DNA of 64,000 bases. It comes from an uncultured delta proteobacterium (lineage in GTDB: Bacteria; Myxococcota_A; Polyangia; Polyangiales; JAFGIB01). Positions 43,643-53,598 of this stretch are shown here, one piece after another; positions within the stretch are counted from its first letter, which is position 1; each line of letters begins with the position of its first letter. The notes beneath the pieces were generated by a model. It saw only the letters and a list, made by a program, of their open reading frames with translations, made no database searches and was not told the origin of the DNA. The translations under genes were made by a program, and so were the position numbers. The stretch spans positions 736,001 to 800,000 of the forward strand of contig CAVZVA010000009.1 of NCBI GenBank assembly GCA_963778655.1, in the 5' to 3' direction.

Positions 43643-44530
43643 GTGCGAGCGGCGGGTGCGTGGGCGGCCGACGGCATTGAGGCGGCGCAGCGCTGTCAGA
43701 TCTGGGGGGTGCTGAACGTCACGCCCGACTCCTTCAGCGACGGCGGAGAGCACCTGCGGCTGGACGCAGCGCTGCAACACGCGCGGCGCATGCTGGAGCA
43801 GGGCGCGGACGTGATCGACGTGGGCGGGGCGTCGTCGCGACCGCGTGGCCAGCTGTACGGGGCGGGCGCGCAGCCGGTCACCGCCGAGCAGGAGATCGCG
43901 CGCGTGCGGCCTGTGGTGCAGGCCATCGCCGGCGAGCTGCGGGCGCGCGTGTCGATCGATACCCGGCAGCCAGCGGTCGCGCGCGCGGCGATCGAGGCCG
44001 GCGCTGCAATCGTCAACGACGTGTCGTGCGGGGCCTCGGACGCCTTGCTCGAGCTGGCGGCGGAGCGCGGCGTCGAGTACGTGCTGATGCACACCCGAGG
44101 CGAGGGCGAAGTGCAGCCGCCGAATACCGATTACGAGGACCTGGTGAGTGAGGTGGTAGCGGAGCTGCTGCGCGCGGTGGAGCGCGCGAGCGCGCGCGGC
44201 ATCCAACGAGGCAAGCTCTGGATCGACCCCGGGATCGGCTTTGCCAAGACCGCGCGCCAGTCGGCCGCGTTGCTCGGACACCTCGACGCGCTGGCGGCGA
44301 CCGGGCTGCGCGTGCTGTGCGGGCCCTCGCGCAAGGGCTTCATCGCCGAGCTGGCGCCGGGACCCGCGGGCGAGCGCCCGGGCCCGCGCGAGCGCGAAGC
44401 GGGGACGCTGGCGGCGGTCAGCCTGGCGGTGCTGCAGGGGGCCAGCGGGGTGCGCGTGCACGGGGTGGCCGGCAGCCTGCAGGCGGTGCAGCTGGCCGAG
44501 GCGGTGCGGCGGGAGGCGCGGCGCACGTGA
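43643..44530 (+). CDS. folP: Dihydropteroate synthase
   Basis: LNVTPDSFSDGG, DVGGASSRP, DPGIGFAK, SRK, RVH. Confidence 0.93.
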   Translation: MRAAGAWAADGIEAAQRCQIWGVLNVTPDSFSDGGEHLRLDAALQHARRMLEQGADVIDVGGASSRPRGQLYGAGAQPVTAEQEIARVRPVVQAIAGELRARVSIDTRQPAVARAAIEAGAAIVNDVSCGASDALLELAAERGVEYVLMHTRGEGEVQPPNTDYEDLVSEVVAELLRAVERASARGIQRGKLWIDPGIGFAKTARQSAALLGHLDALAATGLRVLCGPSRKGFIAELAPGPAGERPGPREREAGTLAAVSLAVLQGASGVRVHGVAGSLQAVQLAEAVRREARRT

Positions 44531-45468
44531 GCGAGGTCGGACAGCGGCTGTTGGCGTTCTTCGCGCGCGACGTCTCACTCGTGCTGTGGGACCTCGCGGA
44601 CATCGCGCTGGTCGCGGTGGTGCTGTACTACGTGCTGCTGCTGATCAAGGGCACCCGCGCTGTGCAGATGGGCGTGGGCCTGGCGCTGGTGTTCGTGGTC
44701 TACCAGATGGCCAAGCGGCTGGGCCTGGTCACGCTCTACACCATGCTGGACACCTTGCTCACCTCCCTGGTGTTGATCATCGTGGTGGTCTTTCAGCAGG
44801 ACATCCGGCGCGCGCTGATGCGGTTCGGCCGCAGGCCGCTGCTGACCCCGGCGCGCTCCGCGCTCGAGACCCAGGTGATCGAGGAGGTGGTGCGCGCGGC
44901 GAGCTCACTGGCGCAGAAGCGCGTCGGTGCGTTGATCGTATTCGAGCGGGACGCGTTGCTCGACGAATTCATCGACGAGGGCACGCTGCTCGACGCGGCG
45001 GTCTCCAAGGAGCTGCTCTACAGCATCTTCATCCCCAGCTACGAGAATCCGATGCACGACGGCGCGGTGATCATCCGCGATGGGCGCGTGCACCAGGCCG
45101 GCGCCTTCCTGCCACTCTCGGCCAGCACCAAGCTCGACAAGACGCTGGGCACGCGCCATCGTGCGGCGATCGGGCTGAGCGAGGACACCGACGCGGCGGT
45201 GGTGGTGGTTTCCGAAGAACGCGGCAGCGTGAGCTTGTGCTTCAACGGGAACATCGTGCGCAATCTCGACGCGGCGTCGCTGCGCACGGCGTTGCTGGGC
45301 CTGCTCACCAAGCCGGCGCGCAAGCGCCCCACGCGCGCGAGCAGCCCGGGCGGCGATGCGGTCGCGCGCACCAGCACCCCGCCGCCGTCCAGGCCGTCCC
45401 AGGCCGACCTGCCCAAGCCCGAGGGGGCTCCCGCCGAGCCCGCAGCCAAGGTCGAGGAGGTTTCCTAG
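44527..45468 (+). CDS. cdaA: Diadenylate cyclase CdaA
   Basis: Three membrane helices, FQQDIRRAL, MHDGA, GTRHRAA, VSEERG; GTG start overlaps the folP stop. Confidence 0.92.
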   Translation: MSEVGQRLLAFFARDVSLVLWDLADIALVAVVLYYVLLLIKGTRAVQMGVGLALVFVVYQMAKRLGLVTLYTMLDTLLTSLVLIIVVVFQQDIRRALMRFGRRPLLTPARSALETQVIEEVVRAASSLAQKRVGALIVFERDALLDEFIDEGTLLDAAVSKELLYSIFIPSYENPMHDGAVIIRDGRVHQAGAFLPLSASTKLDKTLGTRHRAAIGLSEDTDAAVVVVSEERGSVSLCFNGNIVRNLDAASLRTALLGLLTKPARKRPTRASSPGGDAVARTSTPPPSRPSQADLPKPEGAPAEPAAKVEEVS

Positions 45469-45490
45469 TGGGGTGCTCGAGGCTCCGTCG

Positions 45491-46456
45491 ATGAACGCCG
45501 CCACGCGACCGCGCGCCCAGGCGGGCGGCATCGGACGGCTGGTGACCGACAACCTCGGCCTGAAGCTGACCTCGATCGCGCTGTCGATCATGCTGTTCTC
45601 GCTGGTGCACAGCGACGTCGACGCGCAGCGCTCGATCTATCTGGACGTGGTGGCGCTGCTGCCCCCGCCCAGCTCCGGCAAGATGCTGATCAGCGAGCTG
45701 CCGGCCCAGGTCAAGGTGACCCTGCGCGGAAGCCGCTCCAAGCTCAACGGCCTGTCGCGCGACCAGTTGCTGCCGCTGCAGCTCGATCTGCGCCAGGTGC
45801 CCAGCGGCAACTACTACATCGATCCGCATTCGCTCGATCTGGGCAGCAACATCCAGGTGGTCGAGATCACGCCCTCGGTCGTGCCGCTGACCTGGGCGGT
45901 GGCGGCGCAGAAGCGCGTGCCGGTGCAGGTGGAGCTGGAGGGCGAGCTCGACAGCGGCTTCAGTCTGCGCGGTGAGGCTCAGGCGGAGCCGGCCACCATC
46001 ACCCTGCGCGGCCCGGAGAAGCGGCTGCAGAGCTTGGACACTGTGTCGACCGATCCGGTGTCGCTGGTCGGGCTGGGGCTCGGCACCCACCGCCGGCGGG
46101 TCTCGCTGATGGCGCTGCCCGACCACGTCGCCTATGTCGAGGACACCTCGGTCGAGGTCAAGCTGACGGTGGTGCCGGTGCTGGCCGAGCGCACGCTCAA
46201 GCGGCTGCAGATCGCGGTGGTGGGCGACGGCCACGCGCTCTTGCGTCCGGAGCGCGCGGAGGTCACGCTGCGCGGTCCGCGCAAGCTGCTCGACGACCTC
46301 GATCCGGACCTGATCGTGCCGTACGTCGAGCTGCCCGCGGGCGCCGCGGGCGCAGGCGGTTCCTATGACGTCAAGCTGCGCGACGTGCCCGAGGGCGTCG
46401 ACGTGGTCCGTGTGTTGCCACCCAACGTGTTGGTGTGGCTGAAAGGCAAGCGATGA
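45491..46456 (+). CDS. cdaR: CdaR/YbbR-like regulator
   Basis: NLGLKLTSIALS anchor; repeated VTLRG beta modules; follows cdaA. Confidence 0.85.
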   Translation: MNAATRPRAQAGGIGRLVTDNLGLKLTSIALSIMLFSLVHSDVDAQRSIYLDVVALLPPPSSGKMLISELPAQVKVTLRGSRSKLNGLSRDQLLPLQLDLRQVPSGNYYIDPHSLDLGSNIQVVEITPSVVPLTWAVAAQKRVPVQVELEGELDSGFSLRGEAQAEPATITLRGPEKRLQSLDTVSTDPVSLVGLGLGTHRRRVSLMALPDHVAYVEDTSVEVKLTVVPVLAERTLKRLQIAVVGDGHALLRPERAEVTLRGPRKLLDDLDPDLIVPYVELPAGAAGAGGSYDVKLRDVPEGVDVVRVLPPNVLVWLKGKR

Positions 46457-47448
46457 GGTGCACGTGGATGATGGCGGCAGCCGTGCTGGCCGCGTCGATC
46501 GCCGGCTGTGGCGCCGGCTCCGAGACACCTGCGGCCAAGGCCGCCAAGCCGGGCGCGACGGCCAACGCGGGCGCGGCCGACCCGTGTGGCGAGTACGCCC
46601 AGCGCCTGTGCACGGAGCTGGGCACCCGCACCGAGTCCTGCCGCGCGGTGCTGGGCGTGGTGGGCTTCATGTCCCCGCGCGCGTGCACGGCGGGGCTGGC
46701 GGATTTCGACTCCACGCTGGCGCGCATCGCCGAGCTGCGCAAGGTCTGCGATAGCGTGGCCGACAAGGTGTGCCAGGCGCTTGGCGCCGAGAGCGAAGGC
46801 TGCCAGGCGATTCGGCAAAACCTGCCCGACATCCCGCCCGGCCACTGCCCGGCCTTGCAGCGCGACCAGGCCCAACTGCTGGCCGCGCTGCGACAGCGGG
46901 AGGCTTTGGGCCAACCGTTGAGCGACGAGCGCTGGCAGGCCCTGACCGCGGGCGAGCCCGCGGGTTTCGGCGCCAAGGACGCGCCCGTGGTGGTGGTCGA
47001 GTTCTCCGATTTTCAGTGCCCGTATTGCGCGCAGGCAGCCGAGACCGTGAAGCGCCTCCGGCAGGAGTACGGTGCGCGCATTCGCTTCGTGTTTCGCAAT
47101 TTCCCCTTGCCGTTCCACCCCAACGCCCAGGGCGCGGCGCAGGCCGCCATGGCGGCGCTGCGGCAGGGTAAGTTCTGGGAGTTCCACGACCTGTTGTTCG
47201 GCAACCAGAACGCGCTCGGTCCCGACGAGCTGCTGGGTTATGCGCGCAGCCTCGGGCTCGATCTGGACGCCTTCCGCGCGGCCTCGGCGGATGCGACGAT
47301 CGCCAAGCAGGTAGCCGACGACGTCGGGCTGGGCGAGAGCGTCCAGGTGCAAGGCACGCCGACCATGTTCATCGACAAGCAGCGCATCGACGACCCCACC
47401 GACTATGCCGCCGTGACCCGCGTCTTGGACCGAGAGCTGGCGAGGTAG
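46453..47448 (+). CDS. DsbA-family lipoprotein with Cys-rich N-terminal domain
   Basis: Lipobox IAGC; EFSDFQCPYC, FPLPFH, GTPT. Confidence 0.88.
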   Translation: MRCTWMMAAAVLAASIAGCGAGSETPAAKAAKPGATANAGAADPCGEYAQRLCTELGTRTESCRAVLGVVGFMSPRACTAGLADFDSTLARIAELRKVCDSVADKVCQALGAESEGCQAIRQNLPDIPPGHCPALQRDQAQLLAALRQREALGQPLSDERWQALTAGEPAGFGAKDAPVVVVEFSDFQCPYCAQAAETVKRLRQEYGARIRFVFRNFPLPFHPNAQGAAQAAMAALRQGKFWEFHDLLFGNQNALGPDELLGYARSLGLDLDAFRAASADATIAKQVADDVGLGESVQVQGTPTMFIDKQRIDDPTDYAAVTRVLDRELAR

Positions 47449-47451
47449 GAG

Positions 47452-47473
47452 GGTAGGGCGAAGCCCTCGCCCG
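47452..47473. terminator. Short hairpin between convergent genes
   Basis: GGGTAGGGCGAAGCCCTCGCCC; no U tract. Confidence 0.3.
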
Positions 47474-47478
47474 GGCAG

Positions 47479-48837
47479 CTACGTGCACTCGTGCTCGGCG
47501 ACCTGGGCGATCTCGTGGGCCAGGCCGTCGATCTGGCTTGGGTCCGGGCCTTCGACCAAGATGCGCAGCTTGGCCTCGGTGCCGCTCCAGCGCACCAGCA
47601 CGCGCCCGTTGCCGTCGAGCTTCTCCTCGGCGGCCCGGATCGAAGCGCGCGTCTTGGGCAGCTCCTCGAGCGGCTTCTTGACCGGCAGCGCGACGTTGAC
47701 CAGCACCTGCGGCACGTGCTCGATCACCTCCGCCGCCAGCTCCGACAGCGGCCGCTGCTCGCGCACCACGATCTCGAGCACCTGCAGCGCTGCGATCAGG
47801 CCGTCGCCGGTGCGCGCGTGGTCCAGGAAGATCAGGTGGCCCGACTGCTCGCCGCCGAAGTTGAGACCCCCGCTGCGCATCGCCTCGACCACGTAGCGGT
47901 CGCCCACGTCGACGCGCATCAGCTTGCCGTTTTCGCGCGCGAGCGCGTGCTCGAGGCCGATGCTCGACATCACCGTGGTGACCACGGTGCGCGCTCGCAG
48001 CGTGTCCTTGCGCAGCATGCGCGTGGCGCAAAGGGCGATCACGGTGTCGCCGTTGAGCTGGTCGCCGTGCTCGTCGATCAGGACCACGCGGTCGGCGTCG
48101 CCGTCGATCGCGATGCCGATGTGCGCCTTGCGGCGGCGCACCTGATTGGCGCAGTTTTCGGGGTAGACCGCGCCACAGTCGTCATTGATATTGCGGCCGT
48201 TGGGGCGCACGCCGATGGCGTGGACGTCGGCGCCCAGCTCCGAGAACACCTCTGGCGCCGTGGCGTAGGCCGCCCCGTTGGCCGCGTCGACCACCACCTT
48301 CAGCCCCTCGAGCGTGAGGTCCGAGGAGAGCGTTGACTTGACGAACTGCACGTAGCGCCCGCGCGCGCTCTCCAGCCGCTCGGCGCTGCCGACGTGCACG
48401 CCGGTAGGACGGTCGCTGACCAGCTCCTCGCTGTCCATCAGCCGCTCCAGCTCCTCCTCGCTCTCGTCGGGCAGCTTGAAGCCGTCCGGACCGAACACCT
48501 TGAGCCCGTTGTCGTAGTACGGGTTGTGCGAGGCGCTGATCACGATGCCGGCGTCGGCGCGCATGCTCTGGGTGAGCAGCGCCACGGCCGGCGTGGGCAG
48601 CGGGCCGGTGAGCAGCACGCGGCCGCCCATGGCGCAGATCCCCGAGCACAGCGCGTACTCGAACAGGTAGCTCGAGATGCGAGTGTCCTTGCCGATCACC
48701 ACCCGCGGCTGGTGGCGAACGCGCCGGCGCGCCTGGTAGGCGACCGCGGCGCCCAGCCGAAAGGTGACCTCCGGCGTCATGTTGCCTTCGTTGGCGCGGC
48801 CGCGAACGCCGTCCGTGCCGAATAGCTTTCTCGCCAT
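47479..48837 (-). CDS. glmM: Phosphoglucosamine mutase
   Basis: LFGTDGVRG, ISASHNP, DGDADR, GGEQSGH, RWSGTE. Confidence 0.96.
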   Translation of the reverse strand: MARKLFGTDGVRGRANEGNMTPEVTFRLGAAVAYQARRRVRHQPRVVIGKDTRISSYLFEYALCSGICAMGGRVLLTGPLPTPAVALLTQSMRADAGIVISASHNPYYDNGLKVFGPDGFKLPDESEEELERLMDSEELVSDRPTGVHVGSAERLESARGRYVQFVKSTLSSDLTLEGLKVVVDAANGAAYATAPEVFSELGADVHAIGVRPNGRNINDDCGAVYPENCANQVRRRKAHIGIAIDGDADRVVLIDEHGDQLNGDTVIALCATRMLRKDTLRARTVVTTVMSSIGLEHALARENGKLMRVDVGDRYVVEAMRSGGLNFGGEQSGHLIFLDHARTGDGLIAALQVLEIVVREQRPLSELAAEVIEHVPQVLVNVALPVKKPLEELPKTRASIRAAEEKLDGNGRVLVRWSGTEAKLRILVEGPDPSQIDGLAHEIAQVAEHECT

Positions 48838-48878
48838 GTGTGCTGCCGTCCTTCCGGGTTGCGGGCCCGGTCGCTAAG

Positions 48879-48967
48879 AATCACAGGAAGGCGGGAAGAG
48901 GGGAAGCACCTCGCGTGTCGAACAACCGCCGGTTCTTCCCGTCTTCCCGCCTTGCTGTTGCATCCTC
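48879..48967. repeat. REP-like ATCACAGGAAGGCGGGAAG...CTTCCCGTCTTCCCGCCTTGCTGTTG element
   Basis: Inverted arms between tamB and glmM. Confidence 0.65.
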
Positions 48968-49025
48968 TTGGCCCGGGTCAGCCTCGACTTTGGCTCACTC
49001 TCGGGGTGGGAGCCAGTGATCCCGA

Positions 49026-52000
49026 TCACGGCTCCCACAGCACGTCCACACCCCAGTTGTCGGGCGCGAAGCGACCCGAGCCCACGATATTGTGAGGGAA
49101 GTAGAGCTCGATCAAGAACTGTAGCGAGGAGGTGGTGCTCCCGCCGCTCTGCTCGGCGGCGGTGCCGGTGGAGCTCGGCGTGTACACCCCGCCCTCGACG
49201 TAGACGCGCTGCACCAGCTTGCGCATGAACTTGGGGATGATCGATTCGGTCGAGAAGCCCGCTTTGACCTGCTGGGCGCCCGAGCTGGTGCGCTCCAGCC
49301 CGATGCGCGGCGTGAAAGCGGACAGCTCGTGCTGCACGCCCAGGGTCAGCACGCCGCTCACGATGCCGGAGGCGAACTCGTCCTGGGCGTCGACCGATTC
49401 CTGGGCCAGGTCCGGGTCGTCCGCGGAGCACTGGCCCGAGACCAGGTAGGTGATCGCGCCCGACTCCCCGGGGCAGACGTCCGAGGAGAAGGTCACGACC
49501 GGCTCGGCCAGGGTGCCGGTGACCGAAACCGTGACCGGGGAGGTGCCGGCCACCTCGGTCTTCTGGGTGGCGACCAGCAGCACGTCGGGGTTGAGCTCGG
49601 TGCCGCCGTTGAAGCGCAGCGAGCCGCTGCTGATCCCGAAGCGCTTGCCGAAGAATCTCGAACTGGCCGCTGCCGAAGGTGATGTAGCCGCCCACGGTCA
49701 GGTCGGGGTTGCGGTAGCTGACCGCCAGCTCGGTCGCGATGTCGGCCTGGAAGTCGTTGCGGTGCACATTGAGCTTGCGCTTGCCCTGGATCACCAGCTC
49801 GATCGGGTAGGGCTCGGCCCGTTGCTCGGGCGGGGCCGTGGTGACCACGACCTCGGGGTTGGGGTCGAGCGGCTGCAGCGTGCGGTTGGTGACGTCGGGC
49901 AGCCGCACGTCGAGCTGCTGCAGCTCGATCACCGCGTGCGCTCGCTCGGGCGTGATGTCCGCGTCGACCGCCGCGCCTCCGCTCAGCCAGGCGGTATCGA
50001 CGCCCTCGCGCTTGATCGGCAGCTGGGTGGCGCGCAGCGCCAGCCGCAGCCGCTGCGGCCACAACCCCACGAAGCCGATGCCGCCGACCGCCTCGAGTCG
50101 CCCGTCGCCAGCCTGCGCCTGCAGGTGCTCCAGCCGCGCCCAGTCGCCCAGGAAGGTCAGCCGCGCGGTGATGTTGGTGAGCTCCTGGCCGGTGCTGACC
50201 AGGTACAGGCGCCCCCCGCTGATGTTGAGCTGGCCGCTGGTCTGCGGCCGCTTGGGCGTGCCGCTGACCTTCACCTGGCCGTAGGCGGTGGCCTCCGCGT
50301 TGAGCACGCCCGGGATGCGATCCATCAGCGGCTTGAGCTGTGAGCCTTCGAAGCGCAGCAGCGCCTGCAACGCGCCGTTTTCGTCCGGCGTCGGAAGCAC
50401 GTGCAGTCGCTGCCAGCTCACCTTGAGCTTGCCCTGGAGCGTGGTCGCGCCGCCGTGACAGCCCTGCATCTGGCCCGCGCCCGAGAGCGTTTCCTTGTCG
50501 GCGCTGGCGTCGAAATGCACCTTGATCGGGTCGCCCTGGCAGCTCGGCACCACCGTGCGCTTGCGCAGGCCGGCATTGTCGGCGCGCGGCACGAAGCTGG
50601 CATCCAGCGCAACCGACAGCAGCGGGTGGTCGGTCAGGCCTGAGGCGAGCTCGAGCTCAGCGCCGAGCGTGCCCTGCCCCAGCTCACACAGGTAGGGCAG
50701 CGTCTCGATCGAGCGCGCGTCGAGCTTGCCGCTGGCGTGCAGCAGCTTCGGCATCTCCATCCGACCGCGCTCCGCCCAGCGGTCGACCGGCGTGTCCAGC
50801 TGCAGCTCCAGATTGCCGACGCGATTGCTGCCCGCGAACAGCGTGAGGCTAATGCTCGAGGCCTCGTTCTGCAGCTGCAGCGCGCCTCGCACCTCGGGCT
50901 TCAAGGCGCCCCCGCACGAGGAGCCGCCCAGCTCCTTTGTGTAGGCGCCGTCGAAGCGCACCGTGCCGGAGCTGGCGCCGCCGCTGCGCTGCAGGTCGAA
51001 CTCGGCGCTGACCGCGATCGGGTAGGGCAGGCTCAGGGGCTGCGGCATGCGCGCCAGCGGGCGCCTGCTGACCTGGCCGGAGACGTGCCAGGGCCCGTGC
51101 ATCAGGGTGCGCGCCAGCAGCTCTGGCTCCGCCATCAACGCGTGCCAGTCGAGCTGCAGGTCGCCACTCGCGCTGAGCAGCGGGCCGTGCTCGTCGGCGA
51201 CCGAGACGCGCGTGTTGAGCTCGCCGCGCGCATAGCCACCGCTGGCGGCGATCGACAGCGGCGACCAGCCCGGAGCGGTGAGCGAATCCAGCCGCAGCTC
51301 GCCCTCGAAGCTCGGATCGTCGAGCGTCCCGGTGAAGCGCAGGCTGCCCGAGAGCGTACCCGACAGGCCTCGCTGCTGCGCCTGGGGCAGCAGCGAGAGC
51401 GAGATGGACTGGCCGCTCAGCTCGAGCTGGTAGCTGCCCAGACGCAGCGCCTTGACCGGATCCGAGAGGCTGCGATCGATGCGCCCGCTGCCGGTGACCC
51501 GAAACGCCCCGCGGTCGCCGAGGTCGACGTCGCCGTCGGTCTCGATAGCGCCCGCCCGGTAGGTGATCAGGTAGAGCGCGTTGACGCCTTTGACGCCCTG
51601 GACCACGCCGTCCCGCAGCGCGCCCTGCAGGCTCAGGTCCGGGCTACTGAGGTCGCCCTTGAGCACCACATGGGCGTCGGCCCGCCCCTCGCTCACCGGC
51701 AGCCGCTCGCCCAGCAATGCCCGCAGCGCCGCCAGGTCGAAGTCCTGCAGCTGCGCATCGAGCGCGTCGTCGCCGTGAAAGCGCACGATGCCGTGCGCCT
51801 CCAGACGCTGCGAACGGCTGGCCAGGCGTAGCAGCCCGAGCTCGACCGACTGCTGCCCGATCACGCGTAACTCGTGCATCGCGCCGCGCCACGAGCCCTC
51901 GCCCACGGTGAGCTCGATCGGGTCGGCGTCGATCACCACGCCGGTCGCATCCGCGGTGATGCGGGCGCTGACGTTGAAGGTGCGCTTGCCGGCGGAGTTG

Positions 52001-53598
52001 AACTCGCCGTCGGCGGTGTACTGGCGCGGGCCGCCGCGCAGCGCCAGGCTGGGGTCGCCCAACAGGTAGTCGCCCAGGCGCAGGTCGCTGCCAGAGACCC
52101 TGACGTTGAGCCGCGGCCGCTCCGGATCGCCGTGGGCGCTGCCGCGCAGCGTAAGGCGCTTGGCGGCGATCACGCCGTAGCGGAAGTTGCTGAGCGAGAG
52201 CTGGCCGTCGAAGTCGAGCTTGGCCTGGCCCACCTGCTGGGTGCGCACGTGCAGCGAGACGTCGAGACGCCCGCTGGCGTCAGGCACGATGCGCTTGAGG
52301 TTCGGGTCGGCCCCGATGTCGTTGAAGCTCGCGGTCAGGTCGAATGCGATGGCGCCGGTCTTTTCGATCCGGCCGTGGCCCAGGATGCGTGCGTTGCGGC
52401 TGCGCGCGTCGATGCGATCGATGCGTAGCCCGGTGTCCTCGATCACGGCGTCGAGGCTGAAGCCCGGTATTGCAAGCTTGCCGTAGAGCAGCGGCTCGAC
52501 CTCGGCGTGCAGGCTGGGTTGCTCTGCGCCCTTGGGCGAGTCGATGTGCAGCGAGCCGTCCACGACCAGCTTGGGATAGTCCGGGAACAGGCGCGCGACC
52601 TCGAGCGCGTCACTCTGTAGCGTGACCGCGACGCCGCGCTGCTGGGAGATGCTGCCGTTGATGGCGACGTGGCCGGCGTCGGTGTCGAGCTGCGCGTTCA
52701 GCGCCAGGTCGCCGACGGGTCCTTGCAGGCTCAGGTCGCCCGATACCGGAATCGCGAGCGCGGGCACCCAGCCGTAGCCCAGGCCCTGCAACGTGGCCGA
52801 GGTGACGCGCTGGGCGTGGACCTCGAGCGTGAGTTGCTGCGCGGCCTTGGGTCGATGCTTGGGCGTACCGTAGCGAATCACCGCCGAGGCCTGCTCCTGA
52901 TCGCGGTGGGTGTTGGCGTGCAGCACCACGCCTTCGCTGGTGACCGTGGAGATCGTGCCCGAGAGCGCGTCGAGGTGGCCGACGAAACCGAAGGGCTGCG
53001 TCAGGCTGCCCCGCGCGTGGTCGATGCGCACGTGGAGCTCGCGGCCGATGTCCATGGCGCCGCCGGCGCTCAGGTCGGGCACGCGCAGGTCGTGCAAACC
53101 GAGCAGGTCGCCGGTCAGCAGCACGCGCGTGAGCTCGATGCCGTCCACGCGCACGTGCAACGGCTCCCCGCTCGAGGGTGCGGAAGTTGCCGAGCGCGGC
53201 GCGTCGAATGTGGAGAGCAGCGTGGGCAAGCCTTCGCCTTCGTCGTAGAGGCGCACGGTCGCGCCATCGAGCTTGGCGGATGCGAGGCGCCACTGACCGG
53301 CCAGGGCCGCGGCCAGGTCGGGACGCAGCACCAGCCGATCGGCCACGATGATGCGGCGGCCGTCGGCGTCGAACAGCACCACGCGGCGCGCCACCACCTC
53401 CAGGGGCGAAACGCGCTCGAGCCTGCCGATCGCCAGCCCGCCGCGGATCGCATGCGAGACCGTGTCGCTGAGCCACGCGGCTGCGGCTCGCCGCGCCAGC
53501 GGCAGCTGCAGGTGGACCGCCAGGCTGGCGGCGAGGCAAGCCGCGACCAGCAGCAGGGCGCAGAGCGCCGCAGCCGCCACGCGCAGCAGGCGGCGCAT
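49026..53598 (-). CDS. tamB: Translocation/assembly module TamB, split by a +1 frameshift at 49654-49655 (probable sequencing error)
   Basis: N-terminal anchor, long Gly-rich beta repeats; deleting one base gives EIFGKRFGISSGSLRFNGGTELNPDV and joins ORF 49026-49583. Start overlaps the tamA stop. Confidence 0.82.
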
